Below are positions 1-11,130 of a stretch of 64,000 bases of DNA, piece after piece (position 1 is the stretch's first letter; each line of letters begins with the position of its first letter). The stretch covers positions 207,142,001-207,206,000 of the forward strand of contig OZ024742.1 in the NCBI GenBank assembly GCA_964016885.1, written 5' to 3'. The notes below the pieces were generated by a model, which worked only from the letters and a program-made list of their open reading frames with translations, did no database searches and was not told where the DNA came from. Source of the stretch: Eledone cirrhosa. Its lineage: Eukaryota. The translations under genes and the position numbers were made by a program.

Positions 1-1066
1 CATTTTCTGGAGTCGTTGTTGTTCGGAACGGTATTATTATTCTGAATATTGTTGTTAGACATATTATTATTGCTATTTTGGTTAGTTTCGTTAGGGTTTA
101 AATTGAGGTTTCTATTATTAATTCTATTTATATTTTGTGCTATGTTCATAGTAGTAGACTAGGATAGTTTTATAGTGTGTCTGTTAAAAATAGAGTGGTA
201 TCTGTGGAAAACATTTAGGAAAACATTTATCTAGTGCTTTAAAAAATAACTTTGCTAAAGGTGTTTTAACGCTTAATGAGAATGGAGGAGAGTACCAAAC
301 AATATTTCTAGTTCTAGTTTTTTTGTTTGGTTTAGTGTTTAAGTTAAATTGTTTATTATTATTATAATTAATTCTAGGATGATTTGTCATGTTATTGTTA
401 TGTATGTATTTAATTTTATTCGAGTATCCTGCTCTATGTAAAGCTTCATTATAATATTCAGATTTATCATCAAAAATATTTTTATTAGCAGAGATGCGTG
501 AAATCCGTTGTTGGACGTTATTGACAATAGTGTTTTTAATACTTCTAGGATGATTAGAATTGAAACTTACATAATTTAGATGTTCGTTAATTTTATCGAA
601 AGGATAGTAAAGACCCGTGCTAAGGTTTAAGGTTACATCTAAGAAGTTAACGATTTTGTAGTTATTCTCTATTTCTAACTTATGGTTGTAGTTGTTGAAA
701 AATTGTATTATGGATTTCCTTTTCCTATTAATTTCACTATTGCTATGGTTTTCAATTAAAAGTAATATATCATCACGATATAAAACACTGGTAATCTCTG
801 GCATTTTCCTATGAAGTACATTATTAATAAATAAGCCAACGAGGTCCGTTGCTTGCGCCGAGTCAGATGATCCCATAGTGATATCAAAATTGTTTTTTTT
901 CGGTCGGCTCTTGTCCAGAGATAATTATTAAATTCTATTAGTGTTTTACGTGCTGTTAGAATTATATTCATTTCATCACTAGATAGGTCTGTATGTTTAG
1001 ACGCGTAAGTAAACTAGGGGTAATAGAGGAGTAGTAATTTACAATATCCATTTATTAAATAATAAA
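1..1066 (-). mobile_element. Penelope-like element (PLE) reverse transcriptase fragment, frameshifted, running off the window start
   Basis: ORF 184-876 has MGSSDSAQATDLVG, LYRDD, FLDVTL, YVSFNSNHPRSIK and IVWYSPPFS, typical of PLE RT and thumb; MDIVNYYSSI motif near 1050. Confidence 0.85.
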
Positions 1067-1069
1067 TCA

Positions 1070-1766
1070 TATTCATCCAACCCTGAGCGTCATAATAATA
1101 ACAACATTAGGCCCGACGTCAATGTAAACTCTAGACAAGACTCCTTAAATATAAATAAGACGTCAAACGTAATTTTGTTGAATGCTCATAATACTAATCT
1201 AAGTCAGGAAACATTAGCGCCTCTTGTAGGTAATTTCTCCAATACAATTCCTTCTATAAAAAACTCAGGGCCACTTGCAAATAACTCTGTTAATAACATT
1301 AATCGTAAATGCAATTGCCTTAATAGAACTAAATGTCCTCTTAATAATCACTGTCTCGGTAAGAATTTAGTATACGAATGTAAGGTGATAACTAGTACCA
1401 ATTCTTACACCTACTTCGGCTCTACTTCTACTTTAGGTGAGATTATATAACCATTCTTCATCTTTTAAATACCCACTTAAAAGAACAAACACTGCTCTCT
1501 CAGAACTCATCTGGTCAGAACTCATCTGGTCCTTAAAATTTCTTGGAGAAAAATTTGCAACGCTTCTCCTTATTTTAATGCTTCCCTATCCAGAACTTGT
1601 AATTTATGCCTAGCGGAAAAAATTTACCATTATCTCTAATTTTAATTCTATAATAAATAGACGCACAGATTTATTTTCGCTTTGCATCCATAAATCGCTT
1701 AGGTCATTTCACAAATTATACAGCTAATATCTTACTCCATAATTAGGATTAAAATCTTTTTCTCAC

Positions 1767-1819
<53 letters not shown>

Positions 1820-2865
1820 TACACTTATACCCCCTTTTCTACCATATTTCAGTGCATTCTACAAAAGTTCATTCATACTATAACATTTTTGGTCCCCTAA
1901 TTGTTTAATTTTTAAATTTCTTTTAATAATTTTTTGTAATTTTTTAACCTTTTAATTCAATATAGCAAATTTCTTCTTGGCGTTATAACATTTTTCTTTT
2001 AAATAGTTCATCTTTATATAATTTTTTCTCAACATGACTTTTTAGTAGCTATATTTCCCAATTTTTTACTTCAAATCTATTAATATTAGCATTAGGTGAA
2101 TTTTGTAAACAAATTTTTGACGTAATGTTTTTTTCTTCCTCGTATTTTTTCGTTTTTCTCTCTTTCCATGCTTGTATTAACTTAAATAATTACTTTTTCT
2201 ATTACAATCTATTGAAACAAACTAGGGCCCTATATCGTCTTCTATGATTATAAATCATCTAACTTTATTTTCATTCACCTTATCTTATTTCACTTTATTT
2301 TATCTCAATACTACTTTTTTAATAAATGTTTGCACTTCTTAATAAATCCTTCACTATTTAAACCCTAAATAAATAGTATACTTAATTTCTATATCTGTAA
2401 TCATAAGCATCATCATCCATAAACCTCTTTAACTTTTAAATTTAAAATCTTATTAATTTATTTATGAATTTTACAACCGTTTTTTCAGTCATTTCTCTAT
2501 GTGAGACAGCGTTTCTCAGTTTAAATGTTTATCTCCATCTCTTTCTCTCCTCTCTCTTTCTCTCTCCTTCCTCCTTCTTATAATCTTCCTCCGTTATCCT
2601 TTCGTTCTTTTTTCTTTTTCCTTTCTTCCTCTTCCTTACTTTTCTCCCCTTCCTTTCCTTTTTTCTAATCTCCTATATCCTTTTAAATTTATTTATCATA
2701 TGTTGTTTAGACACTACCTTGCTCACAAGTGTCCTTTTAAAGCTTCCTATCATGTCTTCCTATTTCATCTGATGAGAACGCAAATATCGTCCCTGGATGA
2801 TATTTGTTTTTGAAATGTGCATAATAAAATACATGGAACTTTGTTAATCATCTTTTAATTTCTTC
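1070..2865 (+). mobile_element. PLE 3' part: Asn-rich linker, decayed GIY-YIG endonuclease and 3' region with hammerhead
   Basis: CNCLNRTKCPLNNHCLGKNLVYECKV...YFGST in ORF 1175-1450; downstream YNHSSSF, TALSELIW and CNLCLAEK remnants; ends at (TA)n. Confidence 0.8.
2761..2831 (+). ncRNA. Type I hammerhead ribozyme, PLE-associated
   Basis: tatttcat-CTGATGA(2769)-long stem II-GAAA(2812)-tgtgca-TA-ataaaata; stem I closes with one mismatch. Confidence 0.8.
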
Positions 2866-3160
2866 ATATATATATATATATATATATATGTGTATGTGTG
2901 TGTGTATGCATGCATGTATATATATGTGTGTATGGGTATGTATGTGTACGTGTGTGTGTATATATAGATATGTGCATGTGTATGTACACGTGCGCGTATG
3001 TATAGAGCCTTTTGTTATTGTGTTTTTGTGTTTGTATGTATGTATATGTGTGTGTATACCCTCTATGTGTGTGTGTGTAATTTGTGTGTACATATATGAG
3101 TGCATATATATTTGTGTATATGTATGTGTATGTATTTATGTGCCTGTTCGTATTTCTATG
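2866..3160. repeat. (TA)n and degenerate (TG/TA)n microsatellite
   Basis: Direct inspection. Confidence 0.95.
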
Positions 3161-3355
3161 TAGACGCAAATACGCTTATGTGATAAAGTATACGTCTACG
3201 TACTATTACGTATATGCGCGTGGTTGAGTGTGTGTATGTTTATGTTCTGGATATTTATTTATATATGTTTCCCCTAATTCCTTTTTGCCCGTTTTTTCAG
3301 CCTCACTTTCATATTTCCCAAATTTTGTTTTAAAATCCATATTTAATAAAAACAC

Positions 3356-3425
3356 ATTTATTCATTCTGTCGACTGAAGACAGACACAACATCTGCCTTC
3401 AAGAAACCACTGGTAAATGAAATAA
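3356..3425 (+). ncRNA. Degenerate type I hammerhead motif, second family
   Basis: ttcatt-CTGTCGA (one core substitution)-stem II tgaag/cttca-GAAA-ccactgg-TA-aatgaa; perfect 6-bp stem I. Confidence 0.6.
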
Positions 3426-3447
3426 TTATCTTATGTTGTTTATTACA

Positions 3448-3494
<47 letters not shown>

Positions 3495-3963
3495 AGAAAA
3501 TTAACTTGAACATCGAGTTTGAGACGCGAGTGTATTATATTTCGTCGGAAAATGGGAAAACTGTAAGGAAGCTGTAAAATATTACCTCAAAGTATAGAAA
3601 TCAGCAGCTGGAAGTGAGGTAATATTTTACCCAACGATTTTTCGACGGCATTTTGCTGTTCTAACAGCTTTCTTACGCCGAATTTTCCCATTTTTCAATG
3701 AATATATGTATATATATCATTATCAGTGAATATAATTATAAAGTTATTACGCCGGTGCCATACTAGGTACATACGTTTCGTTAGATCTGTGGTGCAACTT
3801 GCTCAACCCGTGCTAATGAAAATGAACGCGGAAATGCTTACTCACAAAGGAAACTACAGAACAATAGGGAAAGAGAGACGAGTCCCAAATCATTGTAGTA
3901 ACTTGCCTTTATAATTATATTCAAACTCAAACTTGAGTTGCCCTATACCTTATTTTTATCTAC

Positions 3964-3964
<1 letters not shown>

Positions 3965-4023
<59 letters not shown>
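3965..4023. repeat. (CTA)n microsatellite
   Basis: Direct inspection. Confidence 0.95.
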
Positions 4024-4024
<1 letters not shown>

Positions 4025-4525
4025 ACACACACACACATATATATATATATGTATATGTACGTAAATATATGTATGCACATGTATAATTATATATTACATA
4101 TATAAGTATATATATGTGCCTGTGTGCATATATATATATATGCATATCTATATCTATATACACATACACACGTGTGAATATGATATAAATATACATGTGC
4201 GTGTGTGTGTATGCACAAGCATATATATATACACCATCTACACAGTTATTGCGGGAGAGGACTGAGAGGAAAATGAACTGGGAAGTACATAGACATGGAA
4301 GGGTGATTTATTTGAAGAGGATACAGAGGAGAAAAACACACGCAGAAAGCAATGAATGTAGATGTTGAAGAAGAGATAGATATAGAAGAAGAAGTAGCTG
4401 TAAAAGAAGAGGTAGATATAGCAACCCCAAGACGATAAGAAATGAATGATAAGGACGATAATTGAGCTACGGTGTGAACGATAGTGTTGATGTGTGGATA
4501 TTCTATGTTAGAGAGATGGTGGTGG

Positions 4526-4591
<66 letters not shown>
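4526..4591. repeat. (GAT)n microsatellite
   Basis: Direct inspection. Confidence 0.95.
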
Positions 4592-4592
<1 letters not shown>

Positions 4593-5487
4593 AACAATGC
4601 CAAAACGCCAGAGGACCAAAGAGGTGTGAGTGCCGAGCAGGATGTGAAAAACAGAAGATGGTGAGGGTTGTGGTGAGAAAGTATTGTATAACATAATTAA
4701 ATTGTTCCGGATCTTTAGGGGTTGGTAGGAACATTTTTTACTGAATTGTTATATTGTAGGAGAGGGTGGAGGAATCGTTTCTTGTTGTTGCTGTTATTGT
4801 TATTATGGTTGTTAATGATGGTAGTTTGTTGTTGTTATTGTCTTCGTTAGGAAATAGGAGGGGAAAATACCCTCCTCTCATCCTCACTTTTTCTTCGTCT
4901 GTTTAGATTCCTCCATTTCAGTGTACTCTATGCTTCTAGAAGGGAATGTATGCATGTGTTTTATGCTGATATGTGTGTCTATCCTGCAAGTATTCATATA
5001 TATCCTAGAGGTGCAGCTATGTGTATTCTGTATCCAGGAGGTTCAAATATAGGTATACTGGAAACATATATATGTATCTTTGTATCTTACAGAAAAATTG
5101 TGGTGTCACAGTGAGGTCATAATCCTCGATTTGTAACAGGTAAAATAGTACAAAGTATCCTGCTGGCATGAATATGTATTCTGTAGGGATTATATGTTTA
5201 TGTGTGGATCCTATTGCATGAATATACGTGTATCCTGCAAATGAAGGTATGCGTAAGTCATAAACATATACATTCGTTCAGCAGGTAAAAACATGATGTG
5301 TAACTTGCACGAAATGAAAAAAAAAAAAAAAAATGAAATTTGTAGCTCACACCTATCCTGGTTTAGCTGATCTCCCACAACGTTGAGTCTAATATGGGTT
5401 TTCTTGGGGTTTTTTAATGATAGTTCTTTTATGAAAAGCAGCATGAAATGAAGTGTCTTGCTTAAGAACGCTATGCGCTGACCTGTC

Positions 5488-5636
5488 GAAGAAGAAGAAG
5501 AAGAAGAAGAAGAAGAAGAAGAAGAAGAAGAAGAAGAAGAAGAAGAAGAAGAAGAAGAAGAAGAAGAAGAAGAAGAAGAAGAAGAAGAAGAAGAAGAAGA
5601 AGAAGAAGAAGAAGAAGCAGCAGCAGCAGCAGCAGC
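5488..5636. repeat. (GAA)n(GCA)n compound microsatellite
   Basis: Direct inspection. Confidence 0.95.
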
Positions 5637-5679
5637 TCAGCCAATTTGAAATATAATTCGATACTACACTTCTAAGAAA

Positions 5680-5800
5680 TTAAGTTGGAGGCGGAAAATG
5701 TGTCACAGCAGTGGCGTCCCAGACGAAGGATTTACCTCCTTCGATTAGGAAGAAGGTAATTTCGTCGGGGCGCTTGTTGTTTGACATAGTGATCTGCCCG
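5680..5800 (-). mobile_element. Fragment of a restriction-like endonuclease domain, CRE-like non-LTR retrotransposon
   Basis: KRPDEITFFLIEGGKSFVWDAT resembles the RPDG.T.....G..L.WD.T motif of CRE-type RLE domains. Confidence 0.5.
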
Positions 5801-6018
5801 CAGACATTTATATATCCTTTTTCTATCAGAAAATGCTGCAAATTATTTACACAACCCTTCACCATTTCTGGAGAAAGTCATGCTGTAAGACGTCCTGCAT
5901 TACTCACAGCGTAACGTGATAGAGATAGAGAGGTTGATACACACATACACACACACACACGCACACACACACATATATTAGTATTGGTGCTTTGAAACAG
6001 CGATGTATACATGGCTGT

Positions 6019-6150
6019 ATGTATAGTATATTTGGCAATATAGTGTATGTTTAATTAAAAACATATAGAAGACCATTTAGAAGCGAATGGTCTATGGTCT
6101 TCTAAATGTTTTAATTAAACATACAGTGTATTGCCAAATATACAATACAT
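6019..6150. repeat. Imperfect inverted repeat with ~58-bp arms
   Basis: atgtatagtatatttggcaata...gaagaccat pairs with atggtcttc...tattgccaaatatacaatacat. Confidence 0.8.
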
Positions 6151-6167
6151 AAATTCACATATATATA

Positions 6168-7176
6168 TCTTTATACATAAATGGCAATTTCTGTCTGTTT
6201 GTGTGTGTGTTTGTTTGTTTGTGGATTTGTTCGTGAACCTAAAACGCAAAAACTACCAAGGCGATATTGATGAAACTCGACACGCATGTGGCTCTCATGC
6301 CCATTTGAGTTCTTACGTACTTTGAAGTTTTAAAAAATTGAGAATTTCCAGTCTGCATCGATTTTTTTTATAAATCAATAGGAGATTTACATGCAAATGC
6401 TCATATGAATGTTATTTTCTGCCATAACTTTTAAAGATCTCAACCGATTTCCTTCAAAATTGAAACAGATAAATTATGTGCTAAGGATGGCTTTAGGCCA
6501 AGAAAAACTATCCGAGACAGCTCGCGGAAGGCAAAAAAGCCGCACAAACCTATTTTTCATTTGGTTTGTTTATTCTGATATGAGCAACCAATTTGCTTTA
6601 AACTCTACAGGTGCATTATTTATGTATCAATAAGGTGTTAAAAGTTCCCCCAAGGCACCTTAATAAAGCGAAAACACCGCAAATATGGAATGTCACAAAT
6701 GTTTTTTTCAAACATGTGCAGTGGATGGTTTTCCGCGACGGGACAGAGGGCTGTACAACAATGGGGTGGATAACAATTGAATTTGCCCTCCACAGGCCGA
6801 GTTTTACCCAGACAAATGGAATTTATGGGCTCTGGTTGAGTACTGCGGGGTTATTTTCCAAAAATGTATACCGGGCGGAACCCTTTGCGAATCGAATAGA
6901 AATCTTTAACGGGCCACAGTTGACACGCCGTAAGGATATTTAAAAATTTCCTATCCACTCTAGGCTGCGTCACCTTTGCTGCTAAAATGGAACATCTTAC
7001 GGGGCGGATAGAAGGTCTCTGTGGGTCACATTAATCAGTTGGCCGTGGTGTGGACATCTCCAACGATGACCGTGTTTTCCTATAAGACTTAATTCAACTG
7101 AGAGCTTCATCAAGTGTTATTTCTGCACAAACAATTGTATTACTTAAACCCTAGCACCGCTGGGTACCTCAACTAG
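6168..7176 (+). mobile_element. Complete non-autonomous Helitron
   Basis: A|TC 5' end followed by a (GTTT/GT) microsatellite; 3' hairpin ACCC(T)AGC-acc-GCTGGGT at 7148-7165; CTAG|T terminus; inserted between A and T with no TSD. Confidence 0.8.
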
Positions 7177-7205
7177 TGTATATATATATATATATATATA
7201 GTGAA

Positions 7206-7263
<58 letters not shown>

Positions 7264-7264
7264 A

Positions 7265-7555
7265 TCGACCCAAATATTTGACAGGTTTTTTATTTATTTC
7301 ATCGGAAGTTTGAAAGGTAAAGTTGACCTATACAGGATTTGAACTCGGAGCTCAGGACGCCAAACCAAATACTACAGAGCATTCTATATTGCTACGTTAT
7401 TCCTATGATTACAGGTACAACTCATTTTTGTCAGCTGAATGAAGTAAAGCAACGTGAAATGAAGTGCCTTGCTCAAGAATGCAACACGCCGCCTGGAATC
7501 GAATTCACAAACTTTCGATCGTGAGTCGAACCCCGTAACCACTAAGTCACACTTC
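7265..7555 (-). mobile_element. Two decayed tRNA-derived SINE fragments
   Basis: Reverse complements of B-box-like GAGTTCAAATCC and GAATTCGATTCC plus a cttgagcaaggcactt body segment. Confidence 0.55.
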
Positions 7556-7754
7556 TTAACAAGTTGCAGTAATAACAATAATTTTGCAGCAGCAGTGAAT
7601 CAAGGATCGAATCTCTACGTGGCATCTATCGAGAAAAGATCACTAAAATATGCATGATGACATAAACTTGACTGCTATTTTCTTGAGGACAGCGTCTCTG
7701 CGTATTTCCCTCTACCATTAAGACAAACAGTTAGATCACTCTGTTGAGTGTTAC

Positions 7755-10700
7755 ACATTGTTTATTCCTAGGTCAGCTTTAATCGAGTAATCCTATGATT
7801 ACATGCGTTCCAGCCACAACTACCTTTTTTTACTATCAGAATCATAAACTAATGTGCCTTTCCCACTTTAAAGGGCAATTTGAGTGAGATTTAGCTACTA
7901 TTTCTAACGGTTTGAGCGCCCGCTTGTGTGTTTTCCCGTTGGCTCCATTACTACACGTCTTATAATGCATCGCTAGTGACAAGATACGAACTGGTGACAT
8001 CTCGGCTGATTACCCGATAAGGCTACCAACAAACCACCAGTTGTTAATAGCTGCACTGATAACAGTAATTACTATTTTTTTTTTTATTAATCCTCTTTCA
8101 GGTTGAGAAATAAAACTTCGACCTTCCGACGCCATTCAGACCGGTTTCTAGTTACTCTCTTCCAGCTCCATGTAAGATGCAGTTTTTTCTCAATTTGCCT
8201 TCAACTGTTTTACCCCAGGTGTAATCTACAAATCTATTGTTGAAGTTATCGCTGTTGTTGTTGTTATTTAACCGCTGATTAGCATTCGCCTGGTTAGCGT
8301 TCGACGAGCAGATCTATAATCAATCTATATTTGGCAATTAAAATCTTATAATTTTTTCCAGACATCGATAAGTAGTTGAGAAGTTCGTTTCTCAGTCATG
8401 AGGTCTTAGGTTTGACCCCATTTTGTGTTATCTTGGCCTTTTGCTGTCGTAACCACGTGAGTGATATTGTGCAGCCGGAAACTGTAGATTGTACTAGTAA
8501 TACCGATGTCTAGCAGTATCACGTACCGAGGCATGTTAATCCGGCCTAAGAATTAGATTCAGTGTACATGTGCCTAGGGAATACTCGATAAGTGTCTTGT
8601 ACTCTCAGTCGCTTAACGCTAAGAAAACCGGGGATGAGCACAGGCCTTATGAGCCTTCGGTTTATAACTCAGTTGATCAAACAAATGAACGCTTATCATC
8701 GAAATCAACAGGGAACCTCCAGTTCTATAAACGATTGTTCTGTTGCTTGACAGGAGGTGGTACAAGCAGAATTTTTGTCTTTAGGGATGTTTTTGCTTCT
8801 TTCATTAATGTATTCATCGTGATGATGATGATGATGATGATGATGGGGATGATGATGATGATGGGTATGGGTTTATAGAAAAGTTTCGGGATCGTTTATC
8901 ACGTGACTGTATTGTAAACCGTGACAAAACATTTTGTCAAAATCACTTTTCACAGGAGCCATTTTAGTCGTAATTACCAAAATTACATTGAAATGACATT
9001 GTTTTAAAAGGACATTGTTTTATCGAAACGACTTTTCATAGAATATTTTCATGAATATATTTTGTAGAATATTTTTTTGTGGGGAGTAATGCGACTTGCA
9101 AATATTGTGTACACGGCATTGCCTGGAATCTTTAGCATCGAAATCTCCCTTAAAACTTACATTCTCCAAAGCCATGTTAACTTAGTAAGTAGATGGTGTG
9201 GGTAGAAGATACTGGTATCGATTGAAATGAATCAATACCAGTATTTTACTGGTAGTAATTTTATCGACCCGCAAGAGAATGAAAGGACGATTACAGTTCC
9301 ACTCGGTAGGAGTTGGGCGCATAAACAAACAGCAAAGGGGACATTTGGGGGGAATTCCATTAATAAAATTTGAATATATTAGTCATAAAGAACGATAATA
9401 GCCATAAACTCAAACGGAACTGCCATTAAAATTTCAACTACTACTATCGCTTCCCATACCCATAGCTGATCCCCAGACGTGGGTCGGATGAGTTGGGGAT
9501 GAAAACTGGAATGTTTGTGAGGAGAGAGAATACCGCTGATAGGATTAGGAATGCGGGTGGGTGATAGCGACGGTTAGTAAGATGCTTGTAGTGTCAGTGG
9601 CATCATTTGGTGGTGCTTTTGGTGGGTTGTTTTAATCCTAGGTCAACTATGTCTGTGCAAACGTATTATCAAAGGTATTCCAGCTATGACCATCCAATTC
9701 TTTTCCTGTGTGGAAGGAAACTAAGACTACATTATTCAACCAAAGCGTTAATTTTTGGTAGAGAGTGATGTGAGATTTAGCTGCTACTTTAGCATGTCAA
9801 ACAATCGTCTACAGGCCACCCTGTTGGCTCGAAGAGAAAGTGTGATTGATCGGTGTTGTTGTTTAGCCATGTCTGTCCTTATCAAGCAGATTAATGATGA
9901 AGGATTTCAGCCATGACCTGTTCAAACTTTTGTATATCGAAAACTACATCGTCCACGTCATTTCATATTTTAAGATAGTAGGGAATAATCTGAGGGAGAT
10001 TTGGCGGCTATTTCTTAGAAGTCCAACCACCTCATAAAGATCACCTTTGTAACAATGATGAGGGTAACATGATTTTATTGAGTGTCTTGATTGTAGAGGT
10101 GGGCCAAGTGGATGACCGTAGAGGTGGATTGTTTGGTAGTGGTAATATGGTAAATAGTGACATTGCTAGTGTTGTTTTGCTGTAGGTCAGCTATGATCAA
10201 GATGACCTATGGAAAACGACACTCCAGCCGTGCCCAATATGTCTTAGGCTACATTATCCAATATAACATTTAAAAAAAAAGAAATTTAATTTGAAGAGAT
10301 TTAGCTGCTATTCTTAGCAATAGAACGATCACATAGTGGTTATCTCATTGATGGTTATCTCATTGATGCTGGTGGTCGGTATGTGAATTATAATTGGCGG
10401 TACTGTGTGGCGTCTTTCCTTTGGTTGTGATATTAATGACTTGCTGAGCAAACCTATGTTCAAAGGGATCTCACTCTTGATCAGTCTGTCTTTTTGCGCG
10501 TCTTCCATGTGCGGCTTATTGGCAGGATTGTTTGAACATCGGATAGAATGATTTTTAGTATTCGTTCCCACTCTCTGCACTTTCTAAGTTCTAATCCCAC
10601 CGAGGTCAACTTTGCCTTTCTGACTGTCAAGGTCGATAAAAACGTACCAATTCTATACTGGGGTCAATTCTTCCCCTACATACCTTTCTCACTTCCATTC

Positions 10701-10930
10701 TCCCCTTCTCAGAAACAAGTCGGCTGTGTTCGGACCTGGAGAATGGATGGGTTCCGCCAGGTCTAAAATACCTCAGACACACTGTATGTAACAACGGCGC
10801 TCCCTTATGGGTTACGGGTCCATACACACAACTATATATTCCAATGTGATCTTCTTTATATTAACATGGTACGGTATATTTGGCTGCTGTTTCGTGGAGC
10901 TTGAGTGACCATATAGAAACAATCCTTTAT
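7755..10930 (+). repeat. Cluster of diverged ~200-bp interspersed repeats
   Basis: Recurring gttgttt..aggtcagc..gatc.agcagacctatg..ttccagc..gagatttagctgcta at about 7755, 8255, 9625, 9855, 10170 and 10830. Confidence 0.6.
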
Positions 10931-11130
10931 TCAAAACGATTATAATCGAGTAGATCTAAGCTATTCCGGCTGTGATCATTTCGTCTTTTATGTGTACTTT
11001 CTTCGTCTGGCACTTATTCCTGCCAGGGTTGTGGGGGCAGTGTCCACAAGCACGCCTTCCAACCAACCCTGTCAGAAGAAGCCATCGCCAATTAATTCGG
11101 TTGAATCTTCAAGCGAGACCAGAGAAGCTC

